DNA from: the human T2T-CHM13v2.0 reference genome, Homo sapiens
Length of the DNA: 64,000 nt
Assembly: GCF_009914755.1 (NCBI RefSeq)
Contig: NC_060935.1
Reading direction: 5' to 3' (one strand)
Below, piece after piece: positions 26,601 to 42,586 of this stretch. The position numbers and the translations under genes are program-made. Within the stretch, counting starts at the first letter, position 1; every line of letters begins with the position of its first letter. The notes under the pieces were generated by a model. It saw only the letters and a program-made list of their open reading frames with translations, did no database searches and was not told the origin of the DNA.

Positions 26601-27122
26601 GGCTGAACTCAGGGAGTGATGGTCAAGGATCCTGCCTGCTGCCTGCACCAACGGAGCACTTGATAATGGTTGTCATTTTGTCATCATTATTGTAATGTCC
26701 TGTTACTCCATCACATACACAGGGGAGAGTCCCTCAGCAGCGCCCAGCAGGGGAAACCAGGAGAGAGATGCAAGTGGGGACTGTCCAACATGAAGAGGAA
26801 AATTATAAGGCAAATGGCTGCCCTTGGGAAATTTCTTCAGGGTGGGCATGGAGGGGAGGCCATTCTGGGGGCCGTTTCAAACAGCAGACATAGAACCAAA
26901 GTGTCATCAAGCCAGGTATTTCAGCTTCCTCTAAGGGAAGACTCCAACAGGGGGAGTCAATTACAGCAGGATAGGCTGCCTTTAAGGAAGTGAGCTCCCT
27001 GCCATCAGAGGGTCTCAGAGAGAGGTGCATTAGGGGATGCCTGGGGCCCTCCCAACCCTTCCCTGGGGTTCTCTGATCACGGTTGCAAAGCTCAGGAAGG
27101 CATTTCAGCCCAACAGACTCAC

Positions 27123-27196
27123 ACTGCAGCATAGAGACTCCCACAGGCTGAGTGGAAGAAACCTCGAACAATGGTGTGCAGGACAAAGGTCACAAA
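27123..27196 (-). CDS. SLC43A1: SLC43A1 coding exon (FVTFVLHTIVRGFFHSACGSLYAA)
   Basis: ttttag|TTT...GCA GT|gtgagt; 74 nt. Absent from the ORF track, read by hand. Confidence 0.93.
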
Positions 27197-27457
27197 CTAA
27201 AACCAAAAAGAGAGAGTGAAGAGGTTAGGAGAGTGTGTGGAGGCTGGAGGAAGGAGGGGTAGGGCGAAGAGGCCAACTGGGCCTCAATTCCCACCCCCTC
27301 GCCAACCCAATCTACTAGAAACACTTCCTGGAGAACCCGGAAAATAGATCCAGATCAGAAGACCAGAACTGCGCTTCCTGGAAGGCAGGTGCTGGATGGA
27401 CCATCCCTTTGGAGGAGCCTCGGGAGGCAGGGAGAGGGGAAGGATGAAGGTGGGTAC

Positions 27458-27599
27458 CTGGAGGTGTAAGTTGTTGATGAGACAGGTGATGCCAAAACCC
27501 ACAAGCAGCAGGTTGGTCAGGGTGAAGGCACTGATGGCATTGGTGAGCTTTTGGATCTTGCAGTAGCGTGGTCTGATGGATTTGGTAGCAACCCCGTCC
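27458..27599 (-). CDS. SLC43A1: SLC43A1 coding exon (DGVATKS...NNLHLQ)
   Basis: ctcag|G GAC...CAG|gtaccc; 142 nt. Confidence 0.94.
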
Positions 27600-28259
27600 C
27601 TGAGGAGTACGGGAAGTCACTGGCTGCTGCCTCTACGTTCCCAGGACTCCCTGGTTCTTGGCCTGGCCCCTCCCCCTTCAGATGTGCCTTCGATGTCAGG
27701 GCAGCAGAAAACACAGAAATCCATGTTTCTATGGGAAACCCATAGAAACCCACGTTCTCTAGCTCCATGTTTCTCAAAGTGTTGCTCCCCTACCCAATGA
27801 CACACGCATCAAAGCGGGTGCTTTCTTAACATGCAGATTCACAGGCCTCATCTCGGCCCTCAGAATCTCAGCGGGGATATCTGCAAATCTGCATTTGGAC
27901 AAATATCCCCCACTAAGTGATTCTCATGCACACTTGAAGGTTTGAGAACCAAGGATGGGAAGGAAGGTGGGAAGTGGGAAGCTCTCACACCGTCTCTCAT
28001 CAGAAGTCCTCAGGAAGGTGTCCCTGCCCTAGACATAAGCAGATGCCCTCCTGGGGACAGCAGCTTGGCCTGACTGTCCAGCGCTTCCTCTCTCCGGCAC
28101 AATCAAGGGCACTGAGGCCAGCCCAGGAGAGAGGTCAGTAGGCTGGGGTGAGGACAGGCGGCCCATGTGTCCTGGACAGAAGGGCCCTGCTAGGGGACCC
28201 TCACCATTAGGAGCAGAGGGTAGAGGAGGAAGGCTCAGTGCCAGGGCCAGGCTCTGCTA

Positions 28260-28536
<277 letters not shown>

Positions 28537-28539
28537 TCA

Positions 28540-29010
28540 ATGGTGGTCTCCAGCCAACAAGACAGCCCTCAAGGATCCTGCCTCCTGGTATTCCCCTGCT
28601 TTGTCCAGTCTCCTTCCACAGTATATCAGGGTTGCTCTGTGCCTATAATAGAACGTAACAGAAGTGATGGTATGCTACGTCTGAGATTATGTGAGAGAAG
28701 ATACGGGGTCTCTGTCGCTTAGCCCTCTTGCTCAAGGGAAAGCAGGTGCTGTGTCCTGAGCAGCCCTATGGAGAGGCCATGGGGGTAATTGAACTGACAT
28801 AGATTCTCCAACCCCAGTCAGCCCTTCAGATGACTGCAGCCCTGGCTGACAGCCTGACTATGTCTTCATGAGAGACTGTGACTCAGAATCAGCCGGCTGA
28901 GTCTCTCCCTGATTTCTGACTGTCAGAAACTGTATGAGATGAGAAGTGTTTGTTGTTTTAAAATGCCAAGCCTTGGGGTGATTTGTTATACAGCAATAAA
29001 TATCTAATAT
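28540..29010 (+). mobile_element. MLT1 (MaLR) solo LTR, MLT1F-like
   Basis: gatcctgcctcctggtattc near the 5' end; tgttgttttaa...tttgttatacagcaata...ctaatata 3' end. Confidence 0.75.
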
Positions 29011-29430
29011 ACCAACTCTACCTATTCTAGCCCTAACAAGACTTTAGCGTGTACCCTTATAACACAGGTTCTGGAGGCTGCCACTGAAAGCTGTGTGATC
29101 TTGGGTGAATGACCTAACTGTGCAACCCTGTACCTCGGTTTCCTCAACTGCAAAATGAAGATATTAACGCATCTACCTCAAAGAGGTGTTGTAGGACTAA
29201 ACAAGGCAAGGTGCCAAGTGCACAGTCAGCACTCTGCATTAGCTATTCTTATTATTAAGCAAGCCAGGTCCCTTCCTAGCCTCAGTTTCCTCATCTGTAA
29301 AATGGGGAGGTACCCCTGATCTCCTAGGGTTCTTGGGAGAAAGCAACAAGCTGCTGGATGTAAACGCACAGAGAAAATGAAAAGCACTGCCTGACCACTT
29401 GCTGTCACCATCCCTGTACAGGCAGGTCAC

Positions 29431-29569
29431 CTGGCATCTCCGAGGACAGTGCCCTGAGTTGGGGCGTCCACGCAGTCCTTGATCCGCCAGTCCATGATGT
29501 AGCCAATGAGGGGGCAGGTGAGAAGGCACAACAGCTGCATGGCCCCGAAGACGGAGGAGTAGAACCCAA
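29431..29569 (-). CDS. SLC43A1: SLC43A1 coding exon (VGFYSSVFG...LGDA)
   Basis: cccag|TT GGG...GCC AG|gtgacc; 139 nt. Confidence 0.95.
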
Positions 29570-29797
29570 CTGGGCAGGATGGGAAGGGCAGTGGGGTCAG
29601 GAACTGGCACTCAGTGGACACTATCACCCCTTCCAGCGGAGGCCAGAGAGCACCAAAATAGCCTTCCTCTGAACCCAGACTCTTACATCCCACAAAAGGG
29701 TTACCTGGGTGGGCCCAGGCCTAGAGGAGTCCCGCCCCCTGAGAAGCGGGTTGCAGTGGGGTGGGCGTGAGCCAGGGCCCTGCTTTCATAGCCCTAC

Positions 29798-29833
29798 CTG
29801 TCTCTGCCACCTTTTGTTGCTGTTCATTTGTCT
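29798..29833 (-). CDS. SLC43A1: SLC43A1 36-nt coding exon (ETNEQQQKVAET)
   Basis: cccacag|AG ACA...ACA G|gtaggg; phase 1-1. Confidence 0.9.
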
Positions 29834-29922
29834 CTGTGGGTAGGGAAACGTATGGTGAGGGGAGCTCAGCCAGGGTGACCCGCCTGTGCCCCCAACCCCC
29901 AGGGGCCTCAGCGGTGCCTCAC

Positions 29923-30069
29923 CATGCTCCTGGCCACCAGTCACAAGGTACTCCAGCATCTTGTTCACAGCAGCCATGTAGAAGATGATCCGCAGCTGGG
30001 TCATGCCCATGGTGAGGAGGCTCCACAGGAAAGTGGGGGAGCAGAGGCTCTTGCGTAAGGGGACAGACC
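29923..30069 (-). CDS. SLC43A1: SLC43A1 coding exon (SVPLRKSL...GGQEH)
   Basis: ccccag|GG TCT...CAT G|gtgagg; 147 nt. Confidence 0.95.
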
Positions 30070-30076
30070 CTGGGGA

Positions 30077-30092
30077 GACAGCAGGGGGCGCC
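30077..30092 (+). promoter_or_regulatory. CTCF-like motif overlapping an SLC43A1 3' splice site
   Basis: GACAGCAGGGGGCGCC. Confidence 0.5.
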
Positions 30093-30293
30093 CCTGAGCC
30101 CCAGACCTTCCACTGCCCTCTGATTGTCCCAGCTCATGCAGTTCTTGGGGGGAGTGACACTAACTATGTGACTTTGGAGAGAGACTGGTTTCTTCAAAGA
30201 CGGGAAAGTTCAGATTCACTTGCCTCCAGGCTCTTGCTCAGCTCAGAACATTTTTGGATGTATGTCCTATGCTTCGTGTGGTAAAAATAACTC

Positions 30294-30743
30294 AGTTAGG
30301 TGCCATGGCTCACGCCTGTAATCCCAACACTTTGAAAGGCAGAGGTAGGAGGATCACTTGAGCCCAGGAGTTCAAGACCTGGTGGTCAACATAGCAAGAC
30401 CCTATCTCTAAAAATATATATATATATATATATATTTATTTATATACAGAAATTATATATATATTTATATATATAAATATACATATATATAAAAATATAT
30501 ATATATGAAATAAGCCAGGCATGGTGGTGCACACCTGTATTCCCAGCTACTCAGGAGGCTGAGGCAGGAGGATTGCTTGAGCCCAGGAGTTCAAGACCAG
30601 CCTGGTGGTCAACATAGCAAGACCCTATCTCTAAAAAATATATATATATATAAAATATAATATAAATATATATATAATTTATATATAAAAAATAATATAA
30701 TATATAATATAATATATAATAATATAATATATATAATTTTGTG

Positions 30744-30776
<33 letters not shown>

Positions 30777-30950
30777 GCCAGGCATGGTTGTGCACACCTG
30801 TATTCCCAGCTACTCAGGAGGCTGAGGCAGGAGGATCACTTGAGCCCAGGAGGTCAAGGCTGCAGTGAACTATGATTGCACTACCGCACTCCAGCCCAGG
30901 CAACAGCAATACCCTGTCTCTATTTTACAAAAAAAAAAAAAAAAAAAAAA
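30294..30950 (+). mobile_element. Trimeric (internally duplicated) AluJ with two (TA)n-rich linkers
   Basis: Private sequence tggtggtcaacatagcaagaccctatctcta and the following right-arm start each occur twice. Confidence 0.85.
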
Positions 30951-30952
30951 CC

Positions 30953-31335
<383 letters not shown>

Positions 31336-31796
31336 CTATCCTTATCACATTTTACTGATGAGGAAACTGCAGCTCAGGAAGTTAAATGACTTGCTCAAGC
31401 TCACAGGGCTGGAAGCAGCAGGTCAGCCTAACTCCAGCTCGTGCCCTTAGCCATGTTGCCCTCTGAGAATCGGCACTGGGGGTAACCACCCTCAAACTGC
31501 ACACCGTTTTGCACTTTACAAAGAGCTTCCACACCCATGGTGTCATTCAATCATCACAACTAACTTTACAGTTTGTGGGGTGCTTTTAGTGCTAGTTTAA
31601 GAGGTAAGGAAATCAAGAGCAAGGTTAGGTGATCTACACAAGTCACATAGCCTATAACTGGAGAGCAGGACTCAAACTCCTCAACTCCCGCTCCTGACTC
31701 CAAGGAGCTCCTTCCACTTATCATGGAGCTGGCGGTCCTGGGATCTTCATGTACCCTCCTGAGAAGCAGCCCAGGCAGGTGCTGCAGCTCCTCCTG

Positions 31797-31814
31797 TGAC
31801 CAGCAGGGGGCAAA
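31797..31814 (+). promoter_or_regulatory. CTCF-like motif
   Basis: TGACCAGCAGGGGGCAAA, a near-consensus core. Confidence 0.55.
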
Positions 31815-31868
31815 AGACAGCCAGGTGTGGAGGACCCCTGCCAGGAGGCTCACGGGCCTGGCTGCACC

Positions 31869-31877
31869 TGATGCAAT
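31869..31877 (+). promoter_or_regulatory. C/EBP-ATF (amino acid response) element TGATGCAAT
   Basis: Exact match to the 9-bp CARE/AARE core. Confidence 0.45.
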
Positions 31878-32186
31878 AAGCTCAGAGGTTGCAAGGGGCC
31901 CTGAGGAAACCAGCTACCCGACAGGCCCAGAGACCTTGTCCCCATTTTGGAAGCTCCTCCCTCCCCAATCCCAGGAATCCAGCAGGGTAACCCTGAATCT
32001 GAACTTCCCAGCGTTAGCTGAGCTTTGATGTGCCCATCTGTAAATGAGGAGCATGCCCCACCTACATCATGGGGTGTTGTAAGGACTGAAGAGGGGTGCG
32101 AATAAATACTCAACCATGAGTGCTCACTGAATATGAGGACCCACCATCACTATCCCCCAAGGCCGGCACCTTGACCAGACACTCAC

Positions 32187-32365
32187 TCTCAGGAAGGTTT
32201 TCTGAGGTGCCCCGAACATCCTGGGGTGACATGAAGGCATCCGAACCGTCCTCCAGGCTGGGGGCCTTCTGGCTGAGCCTCTGGCCCATGGTGGTCACAT
32301 GGGTGTAGAAGAGGTCACCTGTCACCTTGTGGTCCAGGGCCAGCCCACTCAGCTTGATCTTCTTC
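32187..32365 (-). CDS. SLC43A1: SLC43A1 coding exon (KKIKLSG...ENLPE), central cytoplasmic loop
   Basis: ctgcag|G AAG...GAG A|gtgagt; 179 nt. Confidence 0.95.
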
Positions 32366-33043
32366 CTGCAGGCAGCCAGGCCAGAGTGTAGAGGAACCAG
32401 TCACACAGAGCCCACCTTCAACGGCCTAGTGCTCGGCGGCCATCCCAGCGGTTTCCAGCACTCCTTTACCCGGCATTGACATGCTCACAAGCTCCTAATG
32501 CAGAGCTTCTGTTTCTGTTGCTCAGAGCTTGGCTCAGGGACCAGCTTAGCACAGATGCCAAGTAAATGAAGAGTGGATCAGCTGTTTTTCACTTGGGCTG
32601 TTCCCATGGAGGAGGCAGCATTAACACCTCAGACTCCAGAGTCAGACAGCCTGCGTCCAACCTAAGATTCACCCTCCTTTGAATGGCATGACCTTTGGAA
32701 AGTCACTTTGTTCCCTGTACTTTTGTTATTAATGGGGTTAATACCCAATCTACATCATACAGCTGTTTGAGGATGGTATAGGGGCTAAGTACAGTGCCTG
32801 GCATAACTGTCAGTTCTGTAATGTCACCTTATGTGCTTGGTGTGGAGTATCACCTCTTGCCTCTGCTGAACTGACAGGGGGCTGGAAAAAGTTGGCATTC
32901 AGGTGGCTCCACAAAAGATGGGGTGCTTGATTCTTTTATGTCCCTCTTTTTGGGACCACATGGCATCGAGTGCCATTGCTGAGGTGCCTCCTACTCAGAT
33001 CTCCTCCAAACCCAGAAAGGATGAAAACAGTATTTGTCATTAC

Positions 33044-34038
<995 letters not shown>

Positions 34039-34224
34039 GCGACCTGTGGGTAGGTAGGAACAGGCTCATAGTACAGATGAGAAAGCAGAGCTTGGAGGGC
34101 TCAAGCGATTTGCCAAGCAGAGGTCCAAGCCGAGGTCTCTCTGAATCCAAAGTTAATTCCGTCTATCATATCACCACAGCCCTCTCTGCCCCAGGGAGAG
34201 TCTCTGCCCACTCCAGCCACTCAC

Positions 34225-34358
34225 GTGTAATTGACTTCCTCAGGGGCAGGAAAGGCTTCGATGGGCCAGTTGAGGGTGCAGTTCAGAAAGATAAGGCAGG
34301 CCAGGCCAGACCAGGTGAACATGATGACCACGAAGGCCACACCGGCATCGTAGATCAG
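34225..34358 (-). CDS. SLC43A1: SLC43A1 coding exon (LIYDAG...EEVNY)
   Basis: tcacag|CTG...TAC AC|gtgagt; 134 nt. Confidence 0.95.
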
Positions 34359-35942
34359 CTGTGAGAGGAGGGGGCAGGCCCGTGGGGGAGACTGCCTGGC
34401 CCCAGACCCCACCAAGGTAGATCCCAGGCCTCAGAGGCCTTAAAGAAGTTCTCTTCTCCCCTTGTCCTTGTGCCCAATTTGCAGATGAGGAAACCAAGAC
34501 CAGAAGTTTAGAGTCAGACTCAGAAGACCCATCATTCCTTTTTCTTTTTCACTTGAGGCCCCCTAGAGAGCTATGAAATAGTCTCCACAAAGCCTGAAGT
34601 TGCTGGCCACTGGCTCAAAATATCTCTGAAATTTCCATTATCTTAAAAAAATACATACATTTTTGCCTATGACTCCACAAACATTCATGTTCATGTTCGC
34701 ACAAAAATGTCCATTTCATAGTACGTACAAAGGAAACTTAGTGCTCTAGGTTTACCGGGCCTAATCGTGTTTATCCTGCCCCTTCCTGGCACATTCCCCA
34801 GGGGAAAAGGCAAACCCAGACTGCTCATGCTCAGCCTTTTCTCACCTTTCCCAGGTCCTCCCACGTGCAACAACTGGGGGGGTTGGGGAGAGGGAGGTGC
34901 AAGTGCTCTGCCCAAGGGCTCTCAACCCCAGGGCAGGTAAGTTCTCAATTGAATGAGATTCTGTGCAAATGTGTCAGCCCTTCTTATGGAAGAAGCTGAT
35001 GCACCATCTGTCCTCTTGTCCTCCCCATACCATCTGACCAGGATAATTAATGTCTGCTCTCCCCTCAGGCTCCTGCTCAAACCTTTTTCTCTGCAGTCTT
35101 GGACCTTGGTGCCTTTTCCTCCCTAGGGGCAGGACAGAGCTTCAAAGGGCCACACCCCCAAATGTGTGGAGGTAAGATCTGGCTCTTCAAACACTACTTC
35201 AGTTGAAAAGAAGGGAGAACTGCCCACCCTCCATGCCTGCCCACCAGAACAACTGATGGCCCCCCCACCCATGCGCTCTCTCAAACTCCTTTGGAGACAC
35301 TGAGCAAAAGTACCTTCTTTAGTACTCTTTGTAAAGTGCAAAACGGTATGCAGTTTGGTACTGCCCACCGTGGAGGTTGAGGAGCATGGCATGGCTCAAA
35401 GGGTCCTTTGATATTTGACAGAGGAAATTGAGGCCCCCATCTTGCACTGAGCTAAAACTTTGGTCCCCTGGCTTCGAGGTACACCAGGTTGACCTGTCCA
35501 GGATCCAGCCTGGCATAAACTCACTTTGTGACCTTGGACCAAACCACCCATCCTCTCTGGAAGGTGTGGAAAAATGTGGCCCCAAAGGCTGAATAAAGCC
35601 AGAGAGTCAGGGACCTTGAACGCATGTGAAGGGGCTGGACTTGATTCTGTAGGTGAAGCTAAACCACTGAAGGTTTTTCAGCAGTGTGTGAGCCAGTTCC
35701 CCATCTGAGATCTTTCTGGAAGTCACGTGAGTGACAGAGTACAGAGAAAAAGAATCAGAGGCAGGGAGACCAGCTGAGAAAGCTTGCTGTGGCCCAGGAG
35801 AGAGGGGGAAGGCCTGCATTGGGATGATGACAGAGAAAGGAGAGCGGAGAAGTCAGACCCGTGGGTCAGCACTAGCTGCTGCTCACTCGGCCCCACCCGG
35901 TTCTTGTGTCAAGACAAAAAGAAAACCCAGGTGGCCTCATAC

Positions 35943-36035
35943 CTTGATTCCTGGGAACGTAATGGCAGAAGAGGCGTAAGAGCCAATCATGAGGGCCATT
36001 AACGTGGAGCGCAGGTTCCCAAACATGTTGGGCAG
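35943..36035 (-). CDS. SLC43A1: SLC43A1 coding exon (LPNMFGN...FPGIK)
   Basis: cctcag|CTG...AAG|gtatga; 93 nt. Confidence 0.95.
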
Positions 36036-36296
36036 CTGAGGAGGGAAAGCAGCACCCATGAGGTGGGGACACCGTGACCCTTGCCCAGCATTCCCAGCCC
36101 TGCTCCATACAATAGCTCCAGGAGACGCAGCAGAAAAGCCCCAAGGTAAAACAAACAGAAAAATCAATGTGGGAAACTGTACTCTGCCCCCTGCCTACAC
36201 AGTCACAGTGCCCTTTAGCTTCAAAAAGGCTCCCAGACACCCCTCAGAGAGACATTTTGTTAATTTTGTTTAATTCCAGGTTTCCCAAGTTTGTTA

Positions 36297-36779
<483 letters not shown>

Positions 36780-37205
36780 CTAACCCAAGGCTGTGACCAT
36801 GGCTGTGTCCCGGTAATAGGCAGTGCCTCTTAACCCTCTCGGTTGACGTCCCAGCCCAGTTTCTGCCTAATCAGGACAAATCACATCCTGGGAGGTGAGG
36901 GTGGAAATAAGGGAGGGAACTGAGCCAGGGCAGACAGTCTCCAGAGGAGGTGGCTCTGACGCAGAGCAGGGTCAGAACCCACACCAGGAGAGAATTTAAT
37001 TGATCATGTGTTCCACTCACCTGCCTCAGCCAAGCCCTCAGGGCAGGGGAAGGCAAAGTCAGGATGCCCTTCGCACACACCCTCCTCTGGCCCCACCATC
37101 CTCCCCAAGTCACTAGATCCCACAGCTGAGAAGGACCTTAGGATCCGTACAAAGCCTAAACACACTCCACAGAGGGGGAAACTGAGACTCTGAAGGGAGG
37201 CCTCA

Positions 37206-37557
<352 letters not shown>

Positions 37558-37739
37558 TTATCCTTCCCCCTTCCCCTGAAGTGGCTGGCTCAGGAAAAAC
37601 CTCTACCCACTCAGGCAGAGGTTTTCCTGCACCCTGCATCCGTGAGGCACCACTGCCAAGGACGCCAGGGAAGGCTGCCAGGCCTGGAGAGGGGCAGGGC
37701 CCCCTCCCCTCCAAGGGGCCACAAACGCTGTCTGCGCCC

Positions 37740-38110
37740 AGTACCGTGGGTAAGGCGAGGCCGGCCGGCTAACCCCGGGCTGGCGGCCTTGCAGCGTGCG
37801 TGGCAACAGCAGCTGGGCCCGCAAGACTCAGCACGGGACGTCCTCGTCCAAGTCTGGGCCAAGAGCAGCGGCCCAGGGGGCGGGGCCGGCCAGAGGGAGC
37901 GGGGAGAGGCTGAGGGGCGGTGCCAGCGCCGGACCCTGCCATTGGCTGGAGATTACAGGAGGCGGGGACATAGCAGGGAGGAGCCGCTGGACAAGCCCCA
38001 CCCGGCCGCCAGGGAGGGTCTGAGGTCAAGAGCCGGAGAGAAGGGATTTAGGGCCCTGGGCCAAGTTGCACAGCAGGGAGAAGGGGCTGCGCAGAGGGGC
38101 GGGGAGAAAG
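37740..38110. promoter_or_regulatory. Intragenic GC/CpG-rich promoter- or enhancer-like element in SLC43A1 intron
   Basis: GGGGCGGGG at 37877 and 38096, ATTGG (CCAAT on -) at 37941, CCCACCC, local CpG enrichment. Confidence 0.55.
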
Positions 38111-38970
38111 GGATCCGCTTCCTTCCTTTAGAGCTGTGAAATGTCCCCGGTTGGAATTAAAGGCGGCTGCTGGGGAGAGGTGAAATTCAGCCAAAACCAC
38201 CCAGTCAGGCAGCCCTTCTCAGAGATAAACAGTCCGAGCCAGCCCGGCCAGGAACCTTCCCCTCCAACCTCCCTAAGCCTTTAACACTCCTAAGCCTTTA
38301 ACGCGTTTACACACTCACATAAATAAACACACTTTGAGCAACACACATACACCACTCACCACATGTAATAGGTCAAGCCATGTGCACGACGAGGTGTCGA
38401 CAATTTCATATGGTTCAACCTAGTACACTCACAAACACACCTACCAACTCATGGCTTTCACAGGGACGGGGTCACACACCCACTCTCCCACGACATGGCA
38501 AGCGTGCACACGCTATCTCAAGCTGCTCCCTCCCCCTCAAGATCATGTTACCCAGTTTTATTTTCTTCCCAGCACCTATGACGACTGACATAATTTATTA
38601 GTTTACTTGTTTATTGGGTTATCTGTGCCCCTCACCCCCAAAATGTAACCTCCAGCAGGGAGGATGACTCGGTCAGTCCTGATTGTGCTGTAGTCCAGGA
38701 CCTAGAACAGAGCTCCATGGACATTCATGGGCTCTGTACACACAAACACACACATTAACATACACCCCGACACACAGCCTCATCCACACACACACAGCCT
38801 CACACCTGCTCTTTGCAGCCACCTGCACAGTTTCTCACACACTCACTTGATCTAGTGATCTGCGTCCACAGGCCCCTCCCCCAGCCCACTCATACTGCCC
38901 TCACCCCACTCACTCTGCCCTCACCCCACTCGGGGGAACTCTGCTGCCAGGCCAGGCCTGTGACACTCAC

Positions 38971-39047
38971 CGTGAGTGAAGTGAACGTTAGGCAGATGCC
39001 ACCAAAGCCATTCAGGGACAGCGCCAGGAATATCAACGGAGACAGAG
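38971..39047 (-). CDS. SLC43A1: SLC43A1 coding exon (ALSPLIFL...TSLT)
   Basis: ttccag|CT CTG...ACG|gtgagt; 77 nt. Confidence 0.95.
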
Positions 39048-39179
39048 CTGGAAAGGGGAAAGCAGCAGATGAGGGCATTTGGGGAGCTGTGGGAAGCCAA
39101 GGGCGGGAGCTGGGGTAAACATCCGCCTTCATCCCACCTATTCTTTTCTTGTGGGGCCACAAGAGGACAGACAACTCAC

Positions 39180-39235
39180 CTTCCACGTCCCGGGAGGCCA
39201 GGGCCATGAGGGTGCAGGACGCAGTGAAGCAGGCA
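39180..39235 (-). CDS. SLC43A1: SLC43A1 coding exon (ACFTASC...RDVE)
   Basis: ccacag|T GCC...GAA G|gtgagt; 56 nt. Confidence 0.95.
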
Positions 39236-39343
39236 CTGTGGAGACACAGGGAAGGGCGAGGGGTTGGCCTGTGAGCACCCCCCCTCCCCTCCCCCTGCAG
39301 CACGGTCCCTGTCCTCCCGTTCCCCATAGCCCAGCCACCTCAC

Positions 39344-39521
39344 CTGCCAACCAGCCGCACGGGTCGGGGGCCAAAGCGGTCCATGAGGATCCCCAGTGGC
39401 AGGGTGGTGGCGCTGAGCACGAAGGAACCAATGGTGAAGCCCAGGTTGAGCATCTCGTCCTGCTGGTCACAGCCTGGCCACCTGCGCTGCTCATCCTGGG
39501 TGGTGTTGGTGCTGCTCTCAG
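39344..39521 (-). CDS. SLC43A1: SLC43A1 coding exon (AESSTNTT...[13 protein letters not shown]), includes MFS motif A-like DRFGPR
   Basis: cctcag|CT GAG...GGC AG|gtgagg; 178 nt. Confidence 0.95.
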
Positions 39522-39908
39522 CTGAGGAGGGGGAAGGGAGGGCTCAGCACATGACACCAGGAACAGCTGGGCACAGGAGACAGCAGCCCACAGTCAGGCG
39601 GCCTGCTTTCAAATCCCATGCCAAGTGCCTTTGGGGGTACCCTAGAGTCACATCTCCTCTGATGGGGCTGCTCCAGAAATGGCAGCCATTAGTACCTGAC
39701 CCTGGGAGAGTCTTGTGCACACACAGCCTGAGGCTTCAACTAGCTCAAATGAAATACTGGACATAAAAGTATTTACTAAGTTGTAATATGCACTCAGTGT
39801 CCAAGCTTAGGGGGTTGTGGACCCCCAACAAGAAGTGCCCCCATATCTAGAGGCAAAGGCAAAGGCAGTGAGTGGTACTCTAATGGCTATAACAAGAATT
39901 CATTAAAA

Positions 39909-41779
<1,871 letters not shown>

Positions 41780-41922
41780 ATGAGCAACTGTGCCCGGCCT
41801 CTCTACAGGTTTATCTGCATTGGTTTATTCATTCTACACCCACTTACTGGATATTTACTATACAACAGCACTGTGCTGGGACAATGCGTAAAGCAAGAAG
41901 AAATACAAAGATGATTTTAGAC

Positions 41923-42586
<664 letters not shown>

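Noticed and set aside
29413-29430. cag|GGATGG acceptor mimic just after the exon donor at 29430
   Set aside because: Would define a 17-nt intron, too short to splice.
31741-31755. Possible androgen response element (GGTACAtgaAGATCC on -) and other AGAACA half-sites
   Set aside because: Second half-site is too degenerate to call without AR ChIP data.
39011-39025. RE1 right half-site GGACAGCGCC in an SLC43A1 exon
   Set aside because: Explained by codons for LALSLN on the other strand; no proper left half.
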